Shown here in pieces: positions 19,201 through 27,994 of a stretch of 54,470 nucleotides of DNA; the stretch's first letter is position 1, and every line of letters begins with the position of its first letter. The notes under the pieces were generated by a model. That model saw only the letters and a list, made by a program, of their open reading frames with translations. It was not told where the DNA came from and made no database searches. The position numbers and the translations under genes were made by a program. The stretch is from Bacteroidota bacterium (GTDB lineage: Bacteria; Bacteroidota; Bacteroidia; B-17B0; Aurantibacillaceae). The stretch spans positions 1-54,470 of the forward strand of contig JAEZDS010000007.1 in the NCBI GenBank assembly GCA_023433205.1. Reading direction: 5' to 3'.

Positions 19201-19668
19201 ACCGATCTGCAGCTGCTGATACCTGAAGAATATGTAAGCAGTTTAACCGAAAGGCTGGTGCTTTACCGTGAACTCGACAATATTACCAGGGAAGAAGAGC
19301 TTGACGGTTTCCAGGGCAGCCTCCGCGACAGGTTTGGTCCGTTGCCCCGCGAAGTTGAAGAACTGATCAATGTTGTAAGGATGCGCTGGCGTGCCATGCG
19401 TCTGGGCTTTGAAAAGATCACCCTCCGCGGAGGCAAAATGCTGGCCTATTTTCTCAGCAAAAAAAGCAGCGATTATTTTGCCAGTCCTTTCTTTCAGGGC
19501 GCTCTGGCGTTTGCACAGAAATATCCTAATCTTTGCACCTTAAAGGAGCAAACCAATAAACTTTATCTTACTGTTGAGGATGTAAATTCGATTCAGCAGG
19601 CAACAAAAGTGCTTGTACAGATTGAAATGCAGGTAAAAACAGAAAGCGAGCCCGCTGATGAAGGCTAA
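16282..19668 (+). CDS. mfd: Transcription-repair coupling factor
   Basis: UvrB-homology N-terminus, RID (GDYVTHIDHGIG), GDVGFGKTEVA, DEEQKFGV, TATPIPRTL, QMRGRVGRS, RDLDIRGAGNLLG and a TRCF C-terminus. Start codon uncertain (16282 ATG or 16294 GTG). Confidence 0.96.
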   Translation: MRGDVKLREIFDTKIRSLPIDKNCWLQGLNGSALAFFLQSLYRQRPLPLLLIANDKEKAAYLLNDLQALLADTLVLFFPETYRQPYQVEKTTNANIQERAEVLSYLNGNSFSGIVVTYPQALCEKVTLKKQLSSNTLTVRRGEKLSVDFLSEFLLDYKFERVDFVYEPGQYSIRGGIIDVYSFANEMPYRIELFGDDIEAIRSFDPASQLSRSVYDFITIIPNINSSVFSDEKALLFEYFDPVKALVCIEDTKYCEDIFERKLLQAVKIYGDLESGIRQMVPDKLFAGGNELREQLLHYRCFEFGMRAVLSDEKLSFLQRPQPAFQKNFDLLINNLKENKAKGYENYFLTDNVKQADRLISIFNDLLAKEHRSYDSIIKYVALNVHEGFIDEELKVAVYTDHQIFERYHRFRLKEARQRTAEAFTLKELLMLNPGDYVTHIDHGIGRFAGLQKLNINGREQESVKLLFKDNDALYVSIHSLHRISKFSSKEGQVPRIDKLGSGTWQTLKQKTKRNVKELAYDLIKLYAERKSRPGHAYPPDNYLQHELEASFLFEDTPDQVKVTADVKRDMEKPHPMDRLVCGDVGFGKTEVAIRAAFKAVCDGKQVAVLVPTTILAYQHYKTFSERLKDLPCKVEYINRFRTAKEQKETVKSLADGKTDIIIGTHKLVGKEVVFKELGLLIIDEEQKFGVGVKDKLKTFKANVDTLTLTATPIPRTLQFSLMGARDLSVISTPPPNRYPVQTELFSFNEEVIRDAISEELSRGGQVFFVHNKVQDITDITGMIQRLVPDARIAIGHGQMDGKRLEDVMLGFMEGDYDVLVATTIIESGLDISNANTIIINNAQNFGLSDLHQMRGRVGRSNKKAYCYLIAPPMISLTDEARKRLKAIVDFSDLGSGFQIAMRDLDIRGAGNLLGGEQSGFINDMGFDTYMKILNEAIEELKQEGWYKEAVGEGAEADKSVFSRQFVRDTAVDTDLQLLIPEEYVSSLTERLVLYRELDNITREEELDGFQGSLRDRFGPLPREVEELINVVRMRWRAMRLGFEKITLRGGKMLAYFLSKKSSDYFASPFFQGALAFAQKYPNLCTLKEQTNKLYLTVEDVNSIQQATKVLVQIEMQVKTESEPADEG

Positions 19669-20635
19669 ATCAAAACCAATAGTTATTCTTACTATCCTTT
19701 TTGGTTATGTATTGCTTCAGTTTATCTGGTGGGAGATACTGCTGGTTCGCCAGACAGGCACCATTATCACTGAACGGCAAAAGTTGCTCGAGATAAGCAT
19801 CGCCAATGAGGCGCAACTGAAACGGGAGGTTCAGGAACTGCACGATCGCAAAACGCGGCAAACACTGATGATTGTTGGTGAGGGAACAGTTTTCCTGCTT
19901 CTGTTGTTATTTGGTATCTACAAGATCAGGCAGGCGCAGGACAGAGAGGTGGCTCTCACCAGCCAGCAGAACAATTTTTTTCTCAGCGTTACCCACGAGC
20001 TTAAAACCCCAATTGCAGCTACTAAATTGCAATTACAAACGTTGCAGAAACAAAAGCTTGCTCCTGAGGTGCAGGCCCGGCTGCTTAACAGTGCCATTCA
20101 GGAAAACGACAGGCTGAATACGCTGATTGACAAGGTGCTCCTGGCAAGCAGACTGGGGTCGGGTGTAATGCAGCTTGCAAAAAAAAGAACCGATGCTGCA
20201 GCGCTAAGCAGTAGTATCCTGCAGCGCTATTTCGATGCAGCACTTAAAAACAACAAGCTGCACACGGTGTTTCCCCCCGAACCCGTGTATTGTGATCTCG
20301 ATGAACAGGCCTTTACCTCCATTCTTACAAACCTTGTTGAGAATGCCTTTAAATATTCTGGCAGTAACGCGCCGGTAAAGGTATATTTGAAAAAAGAGAA
20401 AGCTTGGGTTATGCTTCAGGTGTGTGATACAGGTCCGGGCATCAGCAATGCTGAGAAAAAAAAGATCTTCGAGCGGTTTTACAGAACAGGCAATGAAGAA
20501 ACCAGAAGCAGCAGAGGCACGGGCTTAGGGCTGTATATTGTAAACACCCTGGTTAAGCAGCTCGGCGGCAATATTGTGGTGAAGGACAATTCACCTTCAG
20601 GAACTATTTTTGAAGTGAGATTCAATGGTGCGTAG
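19658..20635 (+). CDS. Two-TM sensor histidine kinase (HisKA + HATPase_c)
   Basis: Two TM helices; THELKTP H-box, NLVENAFKYS N-box, DTGPGI G1, IFERFYR F-box and GTGLGL G2. Confidence 0.92.
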   Translation: MKAKSKPIVILTILFGYVLLQFIWWEILLVRQTGTIITERQKLLEISIANEAQLKREVQELHDRKTRQTLMIVGEGTVFLLLLLFGIYKIRQAQDREVALTSQQNNFFLSVTHELKTPIAATKLQLQTLQKQKLAPEVQARLLNSAIQENDRLNTLIDKVLLASRLGSGVMQLAKKRTDAAALSSSILQRYFDAALKNNKLHTVFPPEPVYCDLDEQAFTSILTNLVENAFKYSGSNAPVKVYLKKEKAWVMLQVCDTGPGISNAEKKKIFERFYRTGNEETRSSRGTGLGLYIVNTLVKQLGGNIVVKDNSPSGTIFEVRFNGA

Positions 20636-21779
20636 GATAAAAAAATTTCTGGTAACGCCTGCTTTTCTGCTGTTTTGCAGTTGCGGTACTACCGAATCTT
20701 TTACAGCCGGCAAAAACGAATGGGTGCCCGACAGATCAGTAAAGCACAGCAAACTTTTTGCGGTAGCCAGAAAAGGAGATGCCACCAGCCTTTATTTGAA
20801 GGGCAAACGATATGCGGATGACACAACGGCGGTTTTTGTTCTGTACAACGGCATAAAGCCTGAATACGTGACAGGGACGGCGAGAGTTTATTTTATCAAG
20901 AAGCCCTGCCGTAATATCGCTTCGCTTAGTTCGGTCTATACACAAATGCTGTTTGAGCTGAACAAACTCGATGTTGTAAAGGCAATCGACAACATTGATT
21001 ACGTTAATAATCCCGCCATTCTGAAAAAATGTGAGGAGGAGGAGCTTCCTGAACTTGCGCGTACGCCGAATATAGAGGTGGAACAAACAATTGCGCTTGC
21101 TCCCGATGTGGTTTTTTTTTATGGGATGGGTGATGGGCGGGCGCCTGATCGACGGATAGAAAAGGCTGGAATTCCTGTGGTGGAAAGTGTTGACCACCTG
21201 GAAGAAACACCTCTGGCAAGAGCCGAATGGATAAAGTTTTTTGCGGAGTTTGTGGGACGGCGATCCCTGGCCGACAGCATTTTTGCAGTGTGCGAGGAAA
21301 AATATGAACTATTGAAATGGCGCGTGGAAGAGCTTGACAAAAAACCCACGGTATTCAATGAAATAAAATACTCCGATGCCTGGTATATGCCCGGAGGAAA
21401 AAGTTATGTGGCCAGGCTGCTTAAAGATGCAGGCGCCAGGTATTTGTGGGAGGATAATGACGAGGCGGGAAGTTTGCCGCTAAGTTTTGAAGCGGTATTT
21501 GCAAAAGCAAAAATGGCCGATTACTGGATACACCTCTCTACGGTCAGAAGCAAAAAGGAACTGCTTTCCTATGAGCGGCGTTATGCTGCGTTTAAAGCCT
21601 TTAAAACCGGCAATCTTTATAACAACACAAAGGTTACCAATACCAAAGGTTACAGCACTTACTGGGAAAGCGGGATGGTGCATCCGGAAAGGATACTTGA
21701 AGATCTGGTAAAGATCTTTCACCCTGAAATTGCCGACTCTCTGCAAGAGGAGCTTTTTTATTATGAGCAGATCAGGTGA
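20625..21779 (+). CDS. Iron-chelate/cobalamin ABC transporter substrate-binding lipoprotein (BtuF/FepB-like)
   Basis: Lipobox-like FLLFCSC; E.TPLARAEWIKFF, WYMPGGKSY..LLKDAGA and YWESG..HPE.ILEDL. Confidence 0.85.
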   Translation: MVRRIKKFLVTPAFLLFCSCGTTESFTAGKNEWVPDRSVKHSKLFAVARKGDATSLYLKGKRYADDTTAVFVLYNGIKPEYVTGTARVYFIKKPCRNIASLSSVYTQMLFELNKLDVVKAIDNIDYVNNPAILKKCEEEELPELARTPNIEVEQTIALAPDVVFFYGMGDGRAPDRRIEKAGIPVVESVDHLEETPLARAEWIKFFAEFVGRRSLADSIFAVCEEKYELLKWRVEELDKKPTVFNEIKYSDAWYMPGGKSYVARLLKDAGARYLWEDNDEAGSLPLSFEAVFAKAKMADYWIHLSTVRSKKELLSYERRYAAFKAFKTGNLYNNTKVTNTKGYSTYWESGMVHPERILEDLVKIFHPEIADSLQEELFYYEQIR

Positions 21780-22765
21780 AAATGCAACGCTCACAAGGAA
21801 TAAAGTTCGCCGTCCTGGTCCTGCTGCTGGTGATAGCGCTGCCCGCGAGTCTTTTCTGGGGCGGGGCGGGTTCTTTAGATCTTCAGACAGAAAGCGGCCG
21901 GTTTATTTTTACTGAGATAAGATTCCCGAAAACTGTCACGGCATTACTGGCCGGAACATCTCTCTCGGTGGCCGGGCTTGTGCTTCAGGTCTTATTCAGG
22001 AATCCGCTGGCCGGACCATATGTTCTTGGGATCAGTTCAGGCGCGGCGCTGATTGTGGCCGCCGGTTTGCTGGCCGGCTCCTCTATGGGTATAATACACG
22101 ATCATCTGGCAGGAAGGGCGTTGATGGTGGCTGCGGCTGTAACCGGCGGACTGGTTGTTACCCTAATGATCCTTGCTGTGTCAAAAAAAGTGAGCAATAA
22201 TGTTGTTCTTCTGCTCATAGGATTAATGTTCTCACAGGTGTGCAGCGCGATCCAGAGTTCTCTTGAGTTTTTTGCTGATCCAGGCAGTCTGAAAAATTTT
22301 GTGATCTGGGGAATGGGTTCTCTTTCCGGAACAACCAACACCGATCTTCTGGTTTATCTGCCGGTTACCATCATCTTTCTGGCAGCGCTGTTCTTTTTTA
22401 TAAAACCCCTCAACGCACTTTTGCTGGGTCAGGATTATGCCAGCAGCCTTGGCATTAGTTTTAACCGCAGCCGTTTTTTTCTTATACTGATCTCATCTGT
22501 GCTTACGGGAATTACCACTGCTTTTTGCGGGCCCATAGCATTTATCGGAATCGCTGTCCCTATTTTATCGAGAATGATCTTTAAGTCATCGTCGCAGCAG
22601 CTGCATGTGGTTTCCTGTATATTGCTGGGAAGTATTTTATTGCTTTTTGCCGATGTAATAAGTCATGCCGCCGTGCGGGGAACGAGTCTGCCTGTTAACA
22701 TGATCACTACTTTAATTGGCGCGCCGCTGGTAATTACGTTAATGTTCAGATATAAACAATGGTAA
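21776..22765 (+). CDS. FecCD/BtuC-family ABC permease
   Basis: Q.LFRNPLAGPYVLGISSGA, LLLGQDYA.SLG, G.IAFIGIAVP and LPVN.IT.LIGAP. Confidence 0.92.
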   Translation: MKMQRSQGIKFAVLVLLLVIALPASLFWGGAGSLDLQTESGRFIFTEIRFPKTVTALLAGTSLSVAGLVLQVLFRNPLAGPYVLGISSGAALIVAAGLLAGSSMGIIHDHLAGRALMVAAAVTGGLVVTLMILAVSKKVSNNVVLLLIGLMFSQVCSAIQSSLEFFADPGSLKNFVIWGMGSLSGTTNTDLLVYLPVTIIFLAALFFFIKPLNALLLGQDYASSLGISFNRSRFFLILISSVLTGITTAFCGPIAFIGIAVPILSRMIFKSSSQQLHVVSCILLGSILLLFADVISHAAVRGTSLPVNMITTLIGAPLVITLMFRYKQW

Positions 22766-23505
22766 ATACCGAAACCGGCATAAAGATCAGCGATGCCCTT
22801 ACCGGATACCGGAAGGGGAAGCGCGACCATAAGCTGGTGAGGATAGAAGACCTCGAATTTAAAGCCGGTGAGCTGGTGACCATAGCCGGTGCCAACGGAG
22901 CAGGAAAGTCAACGTTGATACGGAGTATCTGCGGGTTGCTGCCGCTGCTTGAGGGACATATTTTTATCAATAAAAAAGATGTGGCGCTGATGTCACCCGC
23001 TGAGCTTGCCACCCAGATTGCCGTTGTGCTCACTCACAAGGTGGGCGGTTTTAACCTGAAAGTTAAGGACGCGGTGGCTGCCGGTCAGATGCCATACACA
23101 AACGCCTTTCACCGGCTGGAAAATGTGCACAATGAAGCGGTGAAACAGGCAATGATCTTGTGCAACATAAAGGATGTGGCCGACACGCTGCTGGATGAGT
23201 TAAGCGACGGCATGTTTCAGAAAACCATGATAGCAAGGGCCCTTGCTCAGCAAACGCGAATTCTTCTGTTAGATGAACCCAGCGCATTTCTTGATTATTC
23301 TTCCAAACACCAGCTTTTTGTGTTGCTGAAGGAGCTGGCACATAATCAAGGCAAGTGCGTGCTGATAAGCAGCCACGAACTCGATCTTGCGTTGAAATAC
23401 AGCGACAGGATGTTGCTGATGGGAGCGGGTACCGTACAGTTACTCGATCCTGATGCTGCGAGAGAAGATCAGTTATTTAAAGAGATGAGTGGCGGATTCC
23501 TGTAG
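22759..23505 (+). CDS. ABC transporter ATP-binding protein (FecE/BtuD-like)
   Basis: GANGAGKST, signature variant LSDG, LLLDEP and SSHE. Confidence 0.92.
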   Translation: MVNTETGIKISDALTGYRKGKRDHKLVRIEDLEFKAGELVTIAGANGAGKSTLIRSICGLLPLLEGHIFINKKDVALMSPAELATQIAVVLTHKVGGFNLKVKDAVAAGQMPYTNAFHRLENVHNEAVKQAMILCNIKDVADTLLDELSDGMFQKTMIARALAQQTRILLLDEPSAFLDYSSKHQLFVLLKELAHNQGKCVLISSHELDLALKYSDRMLLMGAGTVQLLDPDAAREDQLFKEMSGGFL

Positions 23506-23575
23506 CGCTGCAACTTTCAAACATTTATTAAAAGAACTGCATAAAGCCAGATTATAACATATTTTTGTCGGCACT

Positions 23576-24004
23576 ATGGCACTTATTGTAAAGCGTTCCC
23601 GTCTGCCAAAGGCGGGAAAAGGGTTGTTCACTGATAAACCCATAAAAAAAAATGAAAAGGTGATTGAATACAGAGGTGAGATCATTAACTGGAAGGAATA
23701 CGAAAAACGGGTGGCTGAAGACAAGGACGGATATCTGTTCTTTATTAACAAGAACCGTTGTATTGATGCTTACAGCACTCCTCAGTACAAAGCCCGTTAT
23801 GCCAACGATGCCGCTGGTTTAAGCAAGGTGAAAGGTCTCAGAAACAACTGCAGTTATGAGATCTTTGGCGACAAATGTTTTATTGTGGCTGACCGCGACA
23901 TAAAAGCAGGAGAAGAAATTCTGGTTGATTACACCAGGGAATACTGGGATTGTGTAAAATATAATCTCAGGAACAACCTGTACAAGACCAAGAAACCCAT
24001 GTAG
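23576..24004 (+). CDS. SET-domain protein (putative lysine methyltransferase)
   Basis: GKGLF...I......IEY.GE, ARYAND and RDIKAGEEILVDY. A TATTTTTG -7 box lies at 23560-23567. Confidence 0.88.
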   Translation: MALIVKRSRLPKAGKGLFTDKPIKKNEKVIEYRGEIINWKEYEKRVAEDKDGYLFFINKNRCIDAYSTPQYKARYANDAAGLSKVKGLRNNCSYEIFGDKCFIVADRDIKAGEEILVDYTREYWDCVKYNLRNNLYKTKKPM

Positions 24005-24007
24005 CTG

Positions 24008-24574
24008 ATGAGCAAATTCCTGATTGCTGGTTTAGGAAACATCGGCGAAGAGTACGCTGAAACCCGCCACAATATTGGTTTCAGGATCGCGGACAAACTG
24101 GCCGCGGATGCGGGGCAATCTTTTCTCCCCTCAAGATATGCCGATGTAGCGGAACTGAAACACAAGGGCAGGCTGCTGGTGGTGATAAAACCCACAACTT
24201 ATATGAACCTGAGCGGAAAAGCCGTTAATTACTGGATGCAGAAGGAAAAAATACCTATTGAGAACCTGCTGGTGCTTGTTGATGAACTTGCACTGCCGTT
24301 CGGGAAGATCAGGATAGGACCCAAAGGAAGTGATGGCGGGCACAACGGTTTAAAAAATATCCAGGAAGTACTGGGCACCAGTGTGTATGCAAGGCTGCGT
24401 TTTGGCATCGGAAATGAATTTAACAAAGGAAACCAGGTGAATTATGTGCTGGGAAGGTGGGATACCACTGAACTTCAGACACTGGATGCACGCGTTGAGG
24501 TGGCCGCCGATGCGGTGAAGGCTTTTGTATTTGCAGGGCTGCAAAGATGTATGAACGAGTTTAACAACAAATAG
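24008..24574 (+). CDS. pth: Peptidyl-tRNA hydrolase
   Basis: GLGNIG..Y..TRHNIGF, KP.TYMNLSG, GGHNGLK and RLRFGIG. Confidence 0.96.
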   Translation: MSKFLIAGLGNIGEEYAETRHNIGFRIADKLAADAGQSFLPSRYADVAELKHKGRLLVVIKPTTYMNLSGKAVNYWMQKEKIPIENLLVLVDELALPFGKIRIGPKGSDGGHNGLKNIQEVLGTSVYARLRFGIGNEFNKGNQVNYVLGRWDTTELQTLDARVEVAADAVKAFVFAGLQRCMNEFNNK

Positions 24575-24592
24575 TACTGTTCAAATGCTGTG

Positions 24593-25741
24593 ATGGAAAC
24601 TGCCAGATTAACTCATGAATTGTTGTATGAGGCCATTGTTGGTCAGGAGGAGGCCTGTGGCAGGCTGCGGGCAATGGTAAACGACAACAGGGTTCCGCAC
24701 GCGCTTATGTTCACAGGAAGATCGGGGAGTGGCAATCTTGCCGCAGCATTTGTATTTGCACGTCATCTTTTTTGTAAGTCGCCCCGGCCGCAAGGACCCT
24801 GCAACAGCTGCAGCTCATGTAGCCAGGTGGGAAAACTGGCGCATCCCGATCTGCACCTGGTTTTTCCAATCATCAAAAGTAAAAATACCGGCAGCAGCGA
24901 CAATTTCCTGCCTGAATTCAGAGAGGCCATTCTTGATGATATGTACCTCACAGAAAATAAGTGGACAGGGTTAATGGATGCCGGCAACAAACAGCCGGTT
25001 ATTCCTGTTGAAGAGGCCAACAGTATTCTGCGGAAATTAAGCTACACCAGTTACGAGGGCTCATATAAAATGATGGTGATCTGGCAGCCTGAAAGAATGA
25101 ACGCCGAAAGCGCCAACCGTTTGCTGAAGATACTGGAGGAACCGCCGGAAAAAACTGTATTTGTGCTGGTTTGTCACCAGCCGGATAAGTTGTTGCCTAC
25201 CATTATCTCGCGGGTGCAGCAGGTGCCATTTTATCCGGTGCAGGAGGAGGCAATAACCGAAGCTTTAATAAAAAGATTTAACGTTGGCGCGGAGGCCGCA
25301 CGGCAGGCGGCATTGCTGGCCGATGGAAATTTCGCAGAGGCGGTTGCCAGTCTTTCACAAGACGACGAAGGGGTTTCTCTGCTTGCCGGTTTCCAGGCTT
25401 TTATGAGGCTGGCGGTGCGTTTTGATGGTATACAGGCAGTTAACTGGGTGGAAGAAAAAGCAACTGCCGGACGCGAAAAACAAAAACAGTTCCTGCAGTA
25501 CGCACTTCAGGTATTTCGCGATAGCCTGATGTTCAATTACGGCGACAAAAGCCTGGTGAGGCTGAGCGGTGCCGAGCTGCAGTTTCTGGAAAAATTCGGC
25601 CCCTTCATTAATCGGCGAAATTACGAGGAGCTTGTTGAAGAATATAACAACAGCTACTATTACATTGAACGCAATGCCAATGCAAAGGTGGTATTTCTCG
25701 ACCTGCTTCTAAGAACAGCTGAACTGCTGGGAAGAAAATAA
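24593..25741 (+). CDS. holB: DNA polymerase III delta-prime subunit
   Basis: R.PHA.MF.G, Zn cluster C...PCNSCSSC, HPDLH, ANRLLKILEEPP and LLPTIISR. Confidence 0.88.
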   Translation: METARLTHELLYEAIVGQEEACGRLRAMVNDNRVPHALMFTGRSGSGNLAAAFVFARHLFCKSPRPQGPCNSCSSCSQVGKLAHPDLHLVFPIIKSKNTGSSDNFLPEFREAILDDMYLTENKWTGLMDAGNKQPVIPVEEANSILRKLSYTSYEGSYKMMVIWQPERMNAESANRLLKILEEPPEKTVFVLVCHQPDKLLPTIISRVQQVPFYPVQEEAITEALIKRFNVGAEAARQAALLADGNFAEAVASLSQDDEGVSLLAGFQAFMRLAVRFDGIQAVNWVEEKATAGREKQKQFLQYALQVFRDSLMFNYGDKSLVRLSGAELQFLEKFGPFINRRNYEELVEEYNNSYYYIERNANAKVVFLDLLLRTAELLGRK

Positions 25742-25770
25742 AAAAGCTGCCGTCCGACAGCTCTTTTTTT
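25741..25770. terminator. Probable bidirectional terminator between convergent genes
   Basis: A-tract, short AGCTG/CAGCT stem, then T-tract. Confidence 0.55.
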
Positions 25771-25797
25771 AAGCAGATATCATACTAAACATGAAGC

Positions 25798-27993
25798 TTA
25801 TCTGCCCAGGATCAGTTTTCTGGTGATGTTTTCCCCACCAATACTCAGTCTGATCATGTAGAGCCCCGGCGGCTGGTCTGAAAGATCAATTTTTTTTCCG
25901 CCTGGGTCATAGCTGCTTGCTGAACCCCGCTGAACGGTTCTTCCCAGCGCGTCGCTGATAACATAGTCAATATTGCCTTCGAAATTTGTTACCGAGAGAA
26001 CTAAAAAGTCTTCTACAGGATTGGGATACAGATTTAACTCAGCGCCGCTCCACTGATCTTCAGCAATGTCAAGCACAACCGTAGCTGGACTTACTACATT
26101 CACATGATAAAGTGTGCCGCCTGATCTGTAAACGCTGTAGGATGAACAGGCGGTGGCTGTGGAACCGCAGCTGGCGGTAACAGTAAGACAGATATTGTAA
26201 TTGCCAGAGGCAGTATAAGTGTGCGAAGCGTACATGCCGTTTGAGGTAGTGCCATCGCCCCATGACCAGTTCGCTGCACTCACATTCCACGGGTACGAGG
26301 GAACTGCATGCCAGTGCTGAGGGAGTGAAGCAGGATATAATTGAAACCCTGCATTTGCAGTACATGGTACTCCGGTTACATTTATGGCCTGCACAATGCT
26401 GTCGGAACACTGAGGATCGGTAGCGCTCACTACTTTGTGCAGCACGTAGTGTGTGCCACCATTGGCGTAAATGTGCGAGGTGGTTTTCCCCTGTCCCGTT
26501 GTGCCATCACCAAATTTCCAGAAATAAAAGCCGGCAGAAGTAGTATCGTTGTTCTCAAATATTACGTTGCCTGACTGTGTTAGGGTGTGGGTGATGACAG
26601 CCTTTATATTGCACAGATAAGTGTTCACCAGAATCGTGTGGCTGATGCTGGAACTGCAGTTTGCAATAGTGGGATGAGTGGCGGTAAGCATTACAGTGTA
26701 GAAACCATTGGCCGGGAATATATATGAAGGTGATACTGCAGTACTTGTTGCTGAGCCGCTGCCGAAATTCCACAGATAGCCGGTACCTGATACCGTGCCT
26801 GTACTTGTATTGCTGAAAGTTACACTGCCCTGTTGTGTCTGCGAAAAGCTGAAACCGGCACTCAGCTGGCAGGGATTGACGTTGTTTACAGTAATTGTGT
26901 CAACAATGGTGTCGTTGCAGCCGCCGCTGGTTACAAAGTACAAGGTAACCGTTTGTGTGCCGTTGGCTGTGTAGGTGTGGGCGGCCTGCTGGTTGCCAAT
27001 TGCGGTATAGTTAACTGCACCGAAGGTCCAGTTGTAATAGGTTGATCCGGTTGCGGGTACTGACGTACTTGTAAAATTAATGGTGCCATTTGAACCTGCA
27101 GAATAAATAAATGAGGCATTGCAGGTATAGGTATTTATCAGCAGCTGTAGCGTTTTGGTTGAAATGCATGACGGAGAGGTGTTGTTGTTCACCAGTAATT
27201 GTATGGTGTAAGAGCCATTCTGCGCGTACGTGTGGGTGGGTGATGTCAGTGAAGAGTTCCCTCCATCACCAAAATTCCAGGTGTAACTGCTGGTTGCAAC
27301 GGTTCCGGTTGAGGTATTGGTAAACAGTATCTGCCCGTTTGGCTGCTGGGTATAGGTGAAGTCGGGCAGCAGGTTGCAGACATTGCTCACCGTTACTGAC
27401 TGTGATATAGAATCGATACAAAGCGGGGTGGTGCTGTTTGTCATGTATAGTTTTACAGTGTAGGTGGTGTTGGCTGTGTAGGTTATATTTGGCGATGTTT
27501 GGCTGCTGGTTTGTCCGTTGCCAAAATCCCAGAAATAGGTTGTTCCGCTTACTGAGCCAGATGACAGGTTGCTGAAGAAGACTTGTCCGTATGGCCCTGT
27601 GGTCCACGAAAAATTGGGAGTCGCGGTACAGATATTGTTAACCAGAAGTGTGTACGCGGCTGTGGAAGAGCAGGTGGGAAGAGATGTAAAAATGGTGACA
27701 TTCACCGTATAGGTGCCGTTGTTTGTGTATTGTGCGCTTGCAGTGAGTGTACTGGCCGACAAAAATGTGTTATTGCCGAAATTCCACTGAAGGGTGTAAG
27801 TGGCTGCAGGCGTCACTGAAACGCTGAATGCAACAAAGCCGTTGGGGTGTAAACTGGAGCTGACCACCGGAGTGCAGGTTTGAGCAATTGAGGCTGTTCT
27901 TATTGCTGCAAGCAGTATCACTGTTGCCGTGCGGAAAGCCGCCGGACAACTATGTTTCAGGGAAACGATCAGGTTCAAAATTTGTTTCATCAT
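25798..27993 (-). CDS. Multi-PKD-domain T9SS cargo protein
   Basis: About 7 repeats of W.FG.G...S....P.H.Y..NG.YTV.L; C-terminal domain LYPNPV...D.LGR...PPGLYMIRL......RKLI. Start set at MMKQ, just past the upstream stop. Confidence 0.88.
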   Translation of the reverse strand: MMKQILNLIVSLKHSCPAAFRTATVILLAAIRTASIAQTCTPVVSSSLHPNGFVAFSVSVTPAATYTLQWNFGNNTFLSASTLTASAQYTNNGTYTVNVTIFTSLPTCSSTAAYTLLVNNICTATPNFSWTTGPYGQVFFSNLSSGSVSGTTYFWDFGNGQTSSQTSPNITYTANTTYTVKLYMTNSTTPLCIDSISQSVTVSNVCNLLPDFTYTQQPNGQILFTNTSTGTVATSSYTWNFGDGGNSSLTSPTHTYAQNGSYTIQLLVNNNTSPSCISTKTLQLLINTYTCNASFIYSAGSNGTINFTSTSVPATGSTYYNWTFGAVNYTAIGNQQAAHTYTANGTQTVTLYFVTSGGCNDTIVDTITVNNVNPCQLSAGFSFSQTQQGSVTFSNTSTGTVSGTGYLWNFGSGSATSTAVSPSYIFPANGFYTVMLTATHPTIANCSSSISHTILVNTYLCNIKAVITHTLTQSGNVIFENNDTTSAGFYFWKFGDGTTGQGKTTSHIYANGGTHYVLHKVVSATDPQCSDSIVQAINVTGVPCTANAGFQLYPASLPQHWHAVPSYPWNVSAANWSWGDGTTSNGMYASHTYTASGNYNICLTVTASCGSTATACSSYSVYRSGGTLYHVNVVSPATVVLDIAEDQWSGAELNLYPNPVEDFLVLSVTNFEGNIDYVISDALGRTVQRGSASSYDPGGKKIDLSDQPPGLYMIRLSIGGENITRKLILGR

Positions 27994-27994
27994 T

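Noticed and set aside
24700..24760. Broken Walker A (GRSGSGNL) suggesting a holB pseudogene
   Set aside because: Delta-prime subunits normally have a degenerate P-loop, and the ORF is intact.
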